In this document: in pieces, positions 1-9,455 of the stretch
Layout of the letters: the number at the start of each line of letters is the position of its first letter
Numbering within the stretch: the stretch's first letter is position 1
DNA from: a virus
Taxonomy: Duplodnaviria > Caudoviricetes
Strand: one strand, 5' to 3'
DNA: 64,000 bases
Virus record (IMG/VR): IMGVR_UViG_3300035698_000655
Location: 613 to 64,612 of that record
Position numbers and translations under genes: made by a program
Notes under the pieces: generated by a model
Seen by the model: the letters and a program-made list of their open reading frames with translations, nothing else
What the model was told of the DNA's origin: nothing
The model's database searches: none

Positions 1-54
1 AATTCGTAAGTCTTTGATTTAATTGAGGATTTAAAATTAGTTTTGTCAATGATA

Positions 55-201
55 TCAGTCACTTACAGAGACGAGCTGCCTCTCTAGGTCAGCACAGTAG
101 CGTTCGGTCGCTTCAATATCCCAGTCACTACCAGACGTATAGTAGTTCTCCAGCTCATTTTCGGCTGAATTGAGCAGTTCCATCAGTGTTTCTTTGTTCA
201 T
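55..201 (-). CDS. small acidic hypothetical early protein (48 aa)
   Basis: Manual translation MNKETLMELLNSAENELENYYTSGSDWDIEATERYCADLERQLVSVSD*; SD AAGGAG and sigma70 promoter upstream. Confidence 0.75.
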   Translation of the reverse strand: MNKETLMELLNSAENELENYYTSGSDWDIEATERYCADLERQLVSVSD

Positions 202-231
202 TTACTTGACTCCTTTATTAATTTATAGTAC

Positions 232-260
232 ATTATGACATGTATTAAGGCGATTGTCAA
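232..260 (-). promoter_or_regulatory. sigma70-type early promoter
   Basis: TTGACA-N17-CATAAT on minus strand. Confidence 0.75.
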
Positions 261-262
261 GT

Positions 263-270
263 TATAAATA
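263..270 (+). promoter_or_regulatory. T4-type late promoter
   Basis: TATAAATA 26 nt upstream of ATG 297. Confidence 0.7.
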
Positions 271-296
271 GTGTTAAATACCCGAGAGATTAAGAC

Positions 297-1358
297 ATGG
301 CTACCTTTTCACCGAAAAACTTTCCGAGTGATGTTCCCGGCAACAAGAATTTTTCTGGTGCTGGAGAAAGGACTATATACGCTCCAACATCAAAAACTAT
401 GTACAAGTATGATAAAGGATTTCATACTGATAAGGCAACTAGTCTCTATGATACTTCCGGCAAAGCAAAGCAACAATTGACTAAGGGCAAAACTGTTTAC
501 TTTACTTTTCCAGCAAAACTTCTAACAGGGCAACAACTCAACATATCAGGCGGGTCTGCTAGGTCAACTTTCGTAGGAGTGTCATTAACGTCATGGAAGT
601 CAAAGGTAGATGGTTATGTAGTTCTCAGTCACATAGCAAAACCAGGAGGTGGAGCGCAGAATCGGGTGGCTGCTGGTTCAAAAACTCAAGACATGTGCGC
701 CACGTATGTGATGGACTTAGCATATAAACAAAAAATTGATGTTAGCGAACAATACAAAACAGCTAGACCAGGTTCTACTGTACCTGATCTTGAAATGACT
801 ATTGCAAAAAAAGACATACAGTTTGAGATTAAAGGAACTAACAGCAGAACTGCTCCTATCACATTTTTTGACAAGTCTGCTAGTAGAGCAAAGCCTGCTC
901 CAAAGCTATTAGATGAAATTGCCGTTGAATTTGTCAAGTCTTTACGAAAAGATGGCGTTACATTAGATAAAACTATGGAGTCTATGGGGTATCCTATTTC
1001 ATTTATAGGAGCCATAGATTATTTCAAGAGCATAGACTCAACAATAGGATTAGCCGGCGACAAAGGAACTCCTGCGTCAGGAAAACTTCCTGCTGAGTTC
1101 ACTACCACAGACACCACAGTGCTTAAAAAACTTCATACGAAAATACTAGAACATTTTAAAGAAGGCGGCGATAATTATTTTGCCATACACAACAGAACAG
1201 TAGACACTTTTGAAATATATTATGTCGGGAAGGGAAAAAGTGGAAGTGAAAATGTATTGAAGTTGCCTGCTCTTCCTATGTTCAAGTCTTTCTCTCTTGC
1301 TACTTACGGTGGAGCATCTTCAGGTTCAACTAGATGTGGACTAAAGATTAAATTATAG
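297..1358 (+). CDS. putative PD-(D/E)xK restriction-like nuclease
   Basis: 353-aa ORF with VPDL...QFEIKG motif; late promoter upstream. Confidence 0.5.
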   Translation: MATFSPKNFPSDVPGNKNFSGAGERTIYAPTSKTMYKYDKGFHTDKATSLYDTSGKAKQQLTKGKTVYFTFPAKLLTGQQLNISGGSARSTFVGVSLTSWKSKVDGYVVLSHIAKPGGGAQNRVAAGSKTQDMCATYVMDLAYKQKIDVSEQYKTARPGSTVPDLEMTIAKKDIQFEIKGTNSRTAPITFFDKSASRAKPAPKLLDEIAVEFVKSLRKDGVTLDKTMESMGYPISFIGAIDYFKSIDSTIGLAGDKGTPASGKLPAEFTTTDTTVLKKLHTKILEHFKEGGDNYFAIHNRTVDTFEIYYVGKGKSGSENVLKLPALPMFKSFSLATYGGASSGSTRCGLKIKL

Positions 1359-1359
1359 T

Positions 1360-1881
1360 ATGGCAGCTACTCTCTTTTTTATATTTCAGCATAAGAATCA
1401 ACTGTACATTGTAGACAATACAAAAGTTGACACTGTGCCTAAGCCTCGTGAGATGATTAGACGAGCTTCTACCATTGAGCAGATACGAGAGATAGCTGCG
1501 TCAATCAATATGGAAGTTATACACGATTCTGCAAGGGATCGCACTCGCAAACACACCGAAGAAGGTAGACAGCGCATTCGTGAGGCGAAACTAGGCGAGA
1601 ATCATCCTGCTGTACAGAATGGTAGATCGCAAGAGTTTCGTGACAAAGTATCTAAGACTATGACAGGCACTCGTCAAGGTCAAAACAATCCTATGCACGG
1701 TCACAAGCATCGAGACTCTACACGACAGAAGATGTCAGAGGCAAGACGCAAGCGTGGTAAGTACAAATGGATATGTGGGCCTGAAGGAGCAACTACTATA
1801 CCAGAGTATGAACCTATTCCTGAAGGATGGCTCGCTGGTAAAATATATGATCCTTACAAGCCCACCGAGTTAGATGACTGA
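1360..1881 (+). CDS. NUMOD3-repeat DNA-binding protein (homing-endonuclease related)
   Basis: Repeats HTEEGRQRIREAKLGENHP, RSQEFRDKVSKTMTG, GQNNPMHGHKHRDSTRQKMSEA; no intact nuclease motif seen. Confidence 0.65.
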   Translation: MAATLFFIFQHKNQLYIVDNTKVDTVPKPREMIRRASTIEQIREIAASINMEVIHDSARDRTRKHTEEGRQRIREAKLGENHPAVQNGRSQEFRDKVSKTMTGTRQGQNNPMHGHKHRDSTRQKMSEARRKRGKYKWICGPEGATTIPEYEPIPEGWLAGKIYDPYKPTELDD

Positions 1882-2322
1882 ATACTCAAAATTATTCGTC
1901 TCAGCGTTATCTGCTATCCTGACAGCACCGTTGCTGATGTGAAACTTTGTAGCCATTTCTGTCTTGGGTGACAGAGTAACAATCCTAGGCCAATAACTCT
2001 TAGCAATCTCTGCGTGTTCTTGTTGAACAAATCTTAGTAAACACTCAATGATCTGCCTGCCTGCTCCCTTCTTGTAAGACCAAACAGTGTAAGGTGTCAC
2101 AATCATTTCGTGTCCATCTGTGCTGTCTAAGTCTGTCTCAGTTTCTGGCACACTGCTAGTGTAAGCACAACAGATCACCGCTAGAACTTCAGAGCCTTCA
2201 ACTAATGCGAACGCTTTCTTTCTACCAGTAGTTCTGTACTCTGCTGAAAGATGTGGACGAACTGGATCATCTTTGATATAAGGAGTGAGTTGCTCAGTGT
2301 TGAGATGTACAAAGTTTCTCAT
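1870..2322 (-). CDS. hypothetical protein, GNAT-like fold
   Basis: 150-aa ORF; YTVWSYKKGAGRQII and TLSPKTEMATKFHISNGA resemble acetyltransferase motifs. Confidence 0.5.
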   Translation of the reverse strand: MRNFVHLNTEQLTPYIKDDPVRPHLSAEYRTTGRKKAFALVEGSEVLAVICCAYTSSVPETETDLDSTDGHEMIVTPYTVWSYKKGAGRQIIECLLRFVQQEHAEIAKSYWPRIVTLSPKTEMATKFHISNGAVRIADNAETNNFEYSVI

Positions 2323-2332
2323 TATAAAATAC

Positions 2333-2854
2333 CTAAGATTTTTTTGAAGCCGGCTTTGATTTGGGAGAAGACTTCTTTGCGGTCTTTGGCTTTGGGCGAG
2401 GCTTATTATACTCCTCTATACCTAGCAAAGGCAAGCACTTCTCTAGTTTAGGATACAGCTTCAACAGTGTACCATCTTTCACTGCGGTTAGAATCTTAGA
2501 CTCTACCACATGAATGCCTTCTAGTATATTTACCCATTGCTGTTCACGCTTCCAGTCTGGCAAGTTGTTCATGTTGCTATTGGGATCAATAAACTGTTTA
2601 ACTCTACGCCATTCAAGTGTAAGTGTAGTCTCACCCATGCCTTCTGGTACATCAGCTTCAATCTTAGTAAGCTTTGGCAATCCTTCTGGCAATCGCCAAT
2701 CGTGCTGTTCAGCACCCACACCCATACGAACGATAGGCACTACTGCTTGATTTTTAGCTGCCCATTCTTTGAGTCTGCTTACTTGTTCTTGGGGTTCTTT
2801 GACTTCAAAAACATATTTGAATCCGTCATCAATTTATCTAAAGCTTCTAATCAT
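2333..2854 (-). pseudogene. conserved T4-like hypothetical protein with in-frame TAA at codon 7
   Basis: ATG 2854 (SD AGGA) reads MIRSFR*IDDGFKYVFEV... in frame with track ORF 2333..2740 (DWRLPEG...KREQQWVNILEGIH). Confidence 0.55.
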
Positions 2855-2855
2855 T

Positions 2856-3752
2856 TTAAAAATCCTGTATTACTTCAATCATATTTTTCATGCGGTTCTT
2901 GATAAAATAATTCATCAACTGTGATCTATCACCGCCCTGTTGTTTTTCGTAACTATTTATGACTTCTATTTTGATGTCTTCAGGAGTCTTGCTCAAGTCT
3001 ACCAACATCTGATTACGATTGTATCCGTGTGACATATCAGAAGTAATCCATTGTTCAGGCGGGGTCACTTTCCATTCTGCGAGAAGAGTTTTACGAATAG
3101 ACTTCTGTCGAGTGCCTTCTACGAAGCAGTTATCACCTGACAGCATGTTAGGCACACCGTCACCCTTGTCGCCTGTAATGATATGTTCCATCAGAACAGC
3201 CGATGCAGATTCTTTAATCTTGATCCACTTCTTTTGTGCAGGAGCGTATTGCTTCACATTGCTCCATTTCTGAAGTTGATTGAAGTCATGGTCTCCTGAC
3301 AGCACGAGAAAAGGAATCTGTGATCCTTCATCGAACAAGCCGTTAGCTTCTCCTGCTGTTTGTGAGTATTCAGCGAGTACACCAATAACATCGTCAGCTT
3401 CTGCACCGTCAACATCAATCACGGGATAAGGAAAGAATTCATCTAGTTCTGCTCGTATAGTATGCAGGGCTTCGAAGATAGCTGACCAGTCTAGGTCACT
3501 GTCTGAACGAGCTTTCTTTCTGCCAGCCTTATACTGAGGAAACACATCTCGTCTCCAGTATCGTCGGTTATCACATGCAATAATTAATTCTTCACCAAAC
3601 TCTTGTGAGAACTTATTTTTGTATGAACGAATTGTGTTAAGAATCATATGACGAAGAAGTGGAAGATCGACATCTATATTAGAGCCGCCTCTGTGTCCCA
3701 CTTCTCCCATGAAGGTAGCGATTGCTACCTGATTAAAGTCCACTACCATCAT
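2856..3752 (-). CDS. rnh: RNase H / 5'-3' flap exonuclease
   Basis: YWRRDVFPQYKAGRK, EADDVIG, SGDHDFNQL, GDKGDGVPN motifs. Confidence 0.95.
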   Translation of the reverse strand: MMVVDFNQVAIATFMGEVGHRGGSNIDVDLPLLRHMILNTIRSYKNKFSQEFGEELIIACDNRRYWRRDVFPQYKAGRKKARSDSDLDWSAIFEALHTIRAELDEFFPYPVIDVDGAEADDVIGVLAEYSQTAGEANGLFDEGSQIPFLVLSGDHDFNQLQKWSNVKQYAPAQKKWIKIKESASAVLMEHIITGDKGDGVPNMLSGDNCFVEGTRQKSIRKTLLAEWKVTPPEQWITSDMSHGYNRNQMLVDLSKTPEDIKIEVINSYEKQQGGDRSQLMNYFIKNRMKNMIEVIQDF

Positions 3753-3753
3753 C

Positions 3754-4848
3754 TTATATAATCCTCACAATAACCATATCGGGCAGTAAGCGTTTTCGTG
3801 CTGCTAACTTCTTACCTCGTACAGTGTCTACAAATTTGTGCAAGCCATTCTTTCTTGCTGCCATAAACTCTGGCATCTGTACTTCTGGCTTGCGTAATGT
3901 CTTCTCGTAAGACTTTGCGTCTGAATAGTTATCTATACTCGTACCTTTGACACCTAGTGTGCCTTCGTAGTCAGATGCATAGACACCTAGTTTCTTTCGC
4001 TTCACATCATACACCCAAACTTCTGATGCGCCAATGATGTCAACAGGATTCAAACTCTTGAGATTGAGTTCGGCAAACTCTGACAAATACTTTAGCTTGC
4101 GAACAAGTTTAGTCTTGTCAGTGGGTCGCTTGCGCTTGATACGAACAATCTTCTTTGACTGTTTTGTTTCAAGCAATCCTGTCTGTAGATCATTGAAGTA
4201 AGCAAGAATGTTTTTCAGTGTTGACTTTTTGAGGTGTGAGTAACCTTCGATAAGATCACTGTCACCATCTTCACTGCTTCTTGCTATCTCCAACTCTCTG
4301 AACTCTGTAGCGAGAACATCAAGTTCGGTGTATGCCTTAGACAGTTCGGCAGCATTCAACTTGGCATTGTCTATTAAGGTAGTGACATTCACATTACCGT
4401 TTCGAATAATAACATCTATTGTGTCATCTGCCATGTTGATGAAGTCAATGAGATTGCTGCGAATAGGAACGACAGGTGCTTTTGGCGCCTCTTCTTTCTC
4501 TACAACAATTTCTTTGGCCTTCTGTATCAAATCATCTTTGATGCTGTTAAGGTACGTCACATGCGCTTCTGTCATGTAACCTAGCTTTGACCAAACATAA
4601 CCATACTTGCTGAACATTACTAAGCGAGAGTCTGGCAGCTTACTGATATATTGCATATCTTCGGCCGACCAGTTCTCTTTCATCCACTTCTTGAGAGGTG
4701 CTACACCAGATTTCTCTTGCACCTCATAGTGGACGAAATACTCACAATCGCTGAACGCTTTAACACGGTCAGCCTCGTCAGTATATTCTTTGAACTTCTT
4801 CCAATCTGGTACTGGAAGAACATATGTGCTGCGTTGTCGTTTTGCCAT
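3754..4848 (-). CDS. conserved T4-like hypothetical protein
   Basis: 364-aa ORF with SD and promoter; C-terminal SLNPVDIIGASEVWVYD...KTLRKPE as in marine T4-like phages. Confidence 0.75.
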   Translation of the reverse strand: MAKRQRSTYVLPVPDWKKFKEYTDEADRVKAFSDCEYFVHYEVQEKSGVAPLKKWMKENWSAEDMQYISKLPDSRLVMFSKYGYVWSKLGYMTEAHVTYLNSIKDDLIQKAKEIVVEKEEAPKAPVVPIRSNLIDFINMADDTIDVIIRNGNVNVTTLIDNAKLNAAELSKAYTELDVLATEFRELEIARSSEDGDSDLIEGYSHLKKSTLKNILAYFNDLQTGLLETKQSKKIVRIKRKRPTDKTKLVRKLKYLSEFAELNLKSLNPVDIIGASEVWVYDVKRKKLGVYASDYEGTLGVKGTSIDNYSDAKSYEKTLRKPEVQMPEFMAARKNGLHKFVDTVRGKKLAARKRLLPDMVIVRII

Positions 4849-4875
4849 GAAAGGACTCCTTTAATTGTTATAGTA

Positions 4876-4904
4876 ATTATAACACCAAGAAGTCGCTTTG
4901 TCAA
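4876..4904 (-). promoter_or_regulatory. sigma70-type promoter
   Basis: TTGACA-N17-TATAAT with extended -10 TG. Confidence 0.85.
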
Positions 4905-5974
4905 GCATTATGTACTATTATTTGACTTCTAGACAGTTGTTCGTTGAATCCACTATCATTTTTACAGGAAATACTGCATGGTTTCATCGGATGTCTCTCG
5001 TTTATGGTTGTTTCTAGCTTTGTCCAGAATTCATGAGACAGTATGTCGGATAGGGTATTTTCGACAGTAATTTTATTAAAATCAATTGGAACTTTCAATG
5101 TCTCACATACACTATCCCACAATTGATGTCGACCAAGCCAGCAACATGGATAAACTTTACCTTCAGCAGTTATGTACACACTTGAATGCACTTTGGACCA
5201 ACAAGTAACTTTACCCGGGGATTGGCTTGCATCAATATTTCTAATGGTAATTGATTTATTGTCTGCCATTTTTTCAAACAGTTGCTGTATTTCAACCTCT
5301 CTGATACTAGTATTGAAACTCCAATCAGCCCCGGTAGAAGGCCAAATCCATTCTCTAGTTGAAAAATCATCATTGAGTATTGGTGTAGGTTTTCCGTTAT
5401 TGAACCGTGTACTTGGTCTGGCGGTGAATTTCTCAAATCCCATCTTAGCACTTAATTCTCTTGCATCGTCTACTTCATCTTTGTTGTGATGAAATACAGT
5501 CATTGCCCATTGTGCTTGTCCTCCGGCTTCAATGAAACTTTTGGCGTTTTCAAATATTCTTTTCAACACTGTCTTTTGTCTATAGATTTGATGAACTTCT
5601 TGTGTTAGTCCATCTATGCCAAACTCTACTGACACACCTAATTTACCTAAAGCAGCCCACTCTCGTTTATTCAAGGCAGATCCGTTAGTGTTTATCTGAA
5701 TTTTGGCAGAAGGAAATTTCTCAATCAATGGATTAACCAATGCTAATGCACCACCTGGATACATTACAATATCACCGTAATTGCCATTTATTAAAACTTC
5801 ATCTAAAGAATCAATATCAAATGCATCCAATAAATTTATATCAAAATGTGCCAATTTAAATTTAGTTGGTGAGTGGTTGCTCCCATAAACATTTCTAGGA
5901 CATTGAGGACAAGCAGCATTACAATGAGTAGTAGGCTCTAAATGTATATTAGTAATGTTTTTGGGATAACTCAT
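4901..5974 (-). CDS. radical SAM protein with SPASM/twitch domain
   Basis: CNAACPQC (CxxxCxxC), TNGS, GKVYPCC, C-terminal Cys cluster. Confidence 0.9.
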   Translation of the reverse strand: MSYPKNITNIHLEPTTHCNAACPQCPRNVYGSNHSPTKFKLAHFDINLLDAFDIDSLDEVLINGNYGDIVMYPGGALALVNPLIEKFPSAKIQINTNGSALNKREWAALGKLGVSVEFGIDGLTQEVHQIYRQKTVLKRIFENAKSFIEAGGQAQWAMTVFHHNKDEVDDARELSAKMGFEKFTARPSTRFNNGKPTPILNDDFSTREWIWPSTGADWSFNTSIREVEIQQLFEKMADNKSITIRNIDASQSPGKVTCWSKVHSSVYITAEGKVYPCCWLGRHQLWDSVCETLKVPIDFNKITVENTLSDILSHEFWTKLETTINERHPMKPCSISCKNDSGFNEQLSRSQIIVHNA

Positions 5975-5979
5975 TTGTA

Positions 5980-6267
5980 CTAGTTTGGTGACCTGATATA
6001 CTCATTCTGTACAGCAAAATCAATGACTTTATCGAACTTGATTGTTCGCCAGCCTTGCTTTTCTGTATCAAACACAGTCAGGACAGTAGGCGACTTCGCC
6101 TTTCCTGTACCCTTCGTTGCTGGTACTACATTCGCTTGCAGGGTACATTTCATGTTGCGAACAGTGCCGTCAGCCTTTTCAAACTGGACTTCACATTCAT
6201 AACGTGTTAAGTAGTCTACTACTTTGCCTTGCCATTTTGCATCGTTACGTTCGGTGTGGTATGTCAT
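5980..6267 (-). CDS. Sm-like/WYL_2 domain protein
   Basis: VQFEKADGTVRNMKCTL...VFDTEKQGWRT. Confidence 0.7.
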   Translation of the reverse strand: MTYHTERNDAKWQGKVVDYLTRYECEVQFEKADGTVRNMKCTLQANVVPATKGTGKAKSPTVLTVFDTEKQGWRTIKFDKVIDFAVQNEYIRSPN

Positions 6268-7217
6268 AATTTATTTCCTTTCTTGTCAATTAACCATTCA
6301 AGTTTTTTGCGAACTCTTCTATCAAGCCGCTGTACATGTTGCATATCATCATCGGTGATTTCTATAGACTCTTCTGATTCTGATTCCTCAGTAGGTTCTA
6401 TGCCGAAGTCTTCGGTGACTGTACCTATATCGTCTATATCTTTTTCGGACATAAAAGTAATACTCTCACCTCTTCTTTCTTTCATACTCATATTAGCCGC
6501 TACAACAAGCAAGATAGCTAACGGATCAAATACTAGTATCAACAATATTATCACAAACCTTACTGTCTTGTCAAGCGTTTCTTTGTCTGTATTACCATAA
6601 ATAATCTCAGCGACATATAGTAGTGGTCCGACTTCTACCTCTATCAAAAGCTGCTCTGTCTCTAGGACTAACTTATCGTCTGACAATAGATCAATGGAGG
6701 CGATGGCTTCGTCAATGGAGGTGTTTAGTTGAGTTCTCTCGTCAGCTTGTCTTGCTCTAGTAGCCACAGCTCCATCATCACCTCTGATTCTGTCATAGTC
6801 GATGAGAGCTTGTACCGCCCCGTCTAGCTGTGAGAGTACTGTCTCAGCGTCTGTAATGCGTCTCTGTTCGCTTTCTATGCGCCTGTCGAGTCTAGCTACC
6901 TGTAGCGTGTTGTCGCCCGTAGAGACGCTGTGTTCGAGGTGAGCCTTGCTCAGAAAGCCGAATATCCCCATTGAAGTGATAATTGACAAGATGATTACTG
7001 CTGCCGAGAAGTATGTCTTAATCGGCAGGCTAGCTGTCTTCCAGTATCGATATAGCCATGATGCGGTCACTAACTTAGCGACTTCTAGGACTACACCCAT
7101 TGTCAAAATAGGTACGGCAGCTCCGGGAAAGATTGCCATGAGACCGACAATTGAGAACCAGCCTGCTACAGCGGATACTGCGAGTGCCGAGAAAAGTAGG
7201 AGTGCTATGAAGAACAT
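6264..7217 (-). CDS. membrane protein with periplasmic coiled coil
   Basis: Three N-terminal TM helices, SMGIFGFLSKAH, coiled coil, VFDPLAILL TM. Confidence 0.75.
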   Translation of the reverse strand: MFFIALLLFSALAVSAVAGWFSIVGLMAIFPGAAVPILTMGVVLEVAKLVTASWLYRYWKTASLPIKTYFSAAVIILSIITSMGIFGFLSKAHLEHSVSTGDNTLQVARLDRRIESEQRRITDAETVLSQLDGAVQALIDYDRIRGDDGAVATRARQADERTQLNTSIDEAIASIDLLSDDKLVLETEQLLIEVEVGPLLYVAEIIYGNTDKETLDKTVRFVIILLILVFDPLAILLVVAANMSMKERRGESITFMSEKDIDDIGTVTEDFGIEPTEESESEESIEITDDDMQHVQRLDRRVRKKLEWLIDKKGNKL

Positions 7218-7549
7218 TTTGGTGTCCACTCTATGGGCTCGAAATCTGCCAACGGTTCCTTGTTAAGACGAATATTGAGCATGGAATTTAAACACTTAGG
7301 ATCGTGTCGTTGTTGCCACTGTAGAAGAAACTCTTGCATTTTAGCCCACGACTTTTTGTCGTATTCAGCGAGTGTTTCCTTCTCAAGCTGTCCTTCGTAT
7401 TCTAGGACATATCTGGAAGACCCATAATATTTTTCATAAAGTTTCTGTGTTTTACCAGAGTAACCTATGTAGTATGTACCATCAGGAAAGTAGGTGCAGT
7501 ATACTCTATGTACCTGCGGTTCCTTCTTCTTCTTTTTCTTCGCTACCAT
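7205..7549 (-). CDS. small GIY-YIG-like protein
   Basis: VYCTYFPDGTYYIGYS...YYGSS...E...N; late promoter at 7577-7584. Confidence 0.6.
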   Translation of the reverse strand: MVAKKKKKKEPQVHRVYCTYFPDGTYYIGYSGKTQKLYEKYYGSSRYVLEYEGQLEKETLAEYDKKSWAKMQEFLLQWQQRHDPKCLNSMLNIRLNKEPLADFEPIEWTPKCSS

Positions 7550-7838
7550 CTAGTGTTCCTTCATCATCAGAAACACTATTTATATCTGGTTTAAGATCAC
7601 TTTCGTCTTCGCCGTAATGACCCCTTTGTCTATTTCCTTCACCATTCAATTCTGTTAAGTCTTGTTGAGTCTTTCTGAAGTCTTTATCTTCTGGCATGCT
7701 TTTCATATAATCCTCCGCAGTGGTAAATTTCAAGTCGGTGTCGTTCTTCTTACCGAATCTTTTATCCCAATTGTCTTCGAATTTTTTCTTGTCTACTTTT
7801 CGTTGAGCAGACCCTTTGCCTCCATGCCACTGTGTCAT
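7506..7838 (-). CDS. hypothetical protein
   Basis: 110-aa ORF beginning with WHGGKGSAQR...FEDNWD motif; abuts neighbours. Confidence 0.65.
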   Translation of the reverse strand: MTQWHGGKGSAQRKVDKKKFEDNWDKRFGKKNDTDLKFTTAEDYMKSMPEDKDFRKTQQDLTELNGEGNRQRGHYGEDESDLKPDINSVSDDEGTLDGSEEKEEEGTAGT

Positions 7839-8026
7839 TACCAGTCTTCCTCTGTTTCATTCTCATCTGTAATAAAATCATCCAATGATGCTTCTATGTC
7901 CAATTCGCATCCACAAAACGAGCAAAAGCTAACAACATAGTGCCTGTCAGACATATCGTGATTGACTTTATATTCAGCTTCGCACTCTTCGCACTCTATA
8001 GTTTTACTGATTATGATACTTGACAT
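7838..8026 (-). CDS. zinc-ribbon protein
   Basis: CEEC...CSFCG, acidic tail; start at MSSII overlapping cd. Confidence 0.7.
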   Translation of the reverse strand: MSSIIISKTIECEECEAEYKVNHDMSDRHYVVSFCSFCGCELDIEASLDDFITDENETEEDW

Positions 8027-8475
8027 ACTTCGATTCCTGCTTTTTCTAAAAACTCTAAACCACATCCTTTTGATGCATTGTATGTATTTATATAGTACAC
8101 CTGAGCAATGCCAGCTTGATAGATAAGTTTAGAACACTCGATACAAGGAGTGTGTGTAACAAATAAGGTAGCACTTTTGCTAGATTCGGTTGACTGGCAC
8201 AGCTTCATTAATGCGTTAGCTTCTGCATGTAGGACTTCTGGTTTTGTCTTATACAAGGAACTGTCTATAGGCATACCTTGCTTTTCTTTAAATGAACCTA
8301 TATATGTTTCACAATTATTGTCCCAACCTGAGGGTGTGCCATTGTAACCGATAGATAGTATTCTACTGTCTTTTACAATCACACAGCCTACCTTGAGTTT
8401 GATAGCAGAAGAGAGTTGTGCTGTCTCTTCTGCTATCTTAGCAAAGTAAGGTATAAACTTTTGCTTTATGCCCAA
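8011..8475 (-). CDS. cd: dCMP deaminase
   Basis: VGCVIV, GYNG, HAEANA, PCIEC motifs. Confidence 0.95.
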   Translation of the reverse strand: MGIKQKFIPYFAKIAEETAQLSSAIKLKVGCVIVKDSRILSIGYNGTPSGWDNNCETYIGSFKEKQGMPIDSSLYKTKPEVLHAEANALMKLCQSTESSKSATLFVTHTPCIECSKLIYQAGIAQVYYINTYNASKGCGLEFLEKAGIEVCQVS

Positions 8476-9443
8476 ACATCACTCCAATCGCCAGACAATG
8501 CGCCTCGTGCGTAATCTGTGCTACGGTTTTCAAAAAAGTTTGTATGCGTTGGTGCATTAATCATCTCGGAGACCCACGGCAATGGATTCTTCTTCACTTT
8601 AAAGATGCCTCTGAGTCCAAGACTAATCAATCGTCTGTCAGCGATGTATCGAATGTATTTCTTAACTTCTTCTGATGTCAATCCTTCCATTGCTCCCATT
8701 GCAAACGCTAGGTCAATGAACTTATCTTCAAGCTCTACCATTTTCTCACCAATAGAGTAGATTTTACCTTTGAGGTCATCGTTCCAAAGATCAAGATTCT
8801 CGTTGATATACTCACGGAATAGTTTGATCATCGCCTCTGCATGTTGCGTCTCATCTACAATTGACCATGTAACAATCTGTCCCATACCTTTCATCTTACC
8901 ATGTCGTGGGAAGTTGAGCAGCATGATGAAGGACGAGAACAATTGCATGCCTTCAGTAAATGCTGAGAAGGCTGCAATGTTAGATGCGATTGTACCTTTG
9001 TCTTGAGTTTCCATTGAAAGCTCTTGCAGATAGTCGTGCTTATCCTTCATCGCATCGTATTCTAGGAACTCATTGTAAGTAGACTCAGGCATACCAAGAG
9101 TCTCAATCAAATGCGAGTAAGCGGCGACATGAAGTGCCTCTCTTGCTGCAAATCCAGCGAGCATCATGCGAACTTCTGGCTGCGGAAAGTTCGGCAGGTA
9201 GTTATTGATATAAGCACCTGCTACATCAATGTCGCCTTGCGTGAAGAACCTAAAGATGTTTGTGAGAAATCCTTTCTCTGCGTCTGATAGTTTGCTCTTC
9301 CAATCTTTCACATCTTCGTTCATCGGAACTTCTGTGTGCAGCCAATGGCTCTGCTCATGCTTTAGCCACGCATCATATGCCCACGCATAGTTGAATGGTT
9401 TAAAGTATGCTCGTTCATCTGTTAATTTTAATTTTGTTGACAA
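8466..9443 (-). CDS. nrdB: ribonucleotide reductase class Ia beta subunit
   Basis: FFTQGD, EALH..AY, EGMQLFSSF, DETQH, NFFE. Confidence 0.96.
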   Translation of the reverse strand: MSTKLKLTDERAYFKPFNYAWAYDAWLKHEQSHWLHTEVPMNEDVKDWKSKLSDAEKGFLTNIFRFFTQGDIDVAGAYINNYLPNFPQPEVRMMLAGFAAREALHVAAYSHLIETLGMPESTYNEFLEYDAMKDKHDYLQELSMETQDKGTIASNIAAFSAFTEGMQLFSSFIMLLNFPRHGKMKGMGQIVTWSIVDETQHAEAMIKLFREYINENLDLWNDDLKGKIYSIGEKMVELEDKFIDLAFAMGAMEGLTSEEVKKYIRYIADRRLISLGLRGIFKVKKNPLPWVSEMINAPTHTNFFENRSTDYARGALSGDWSDVWA

Positions 9444-9455
9444 CTAGTATTGCTC

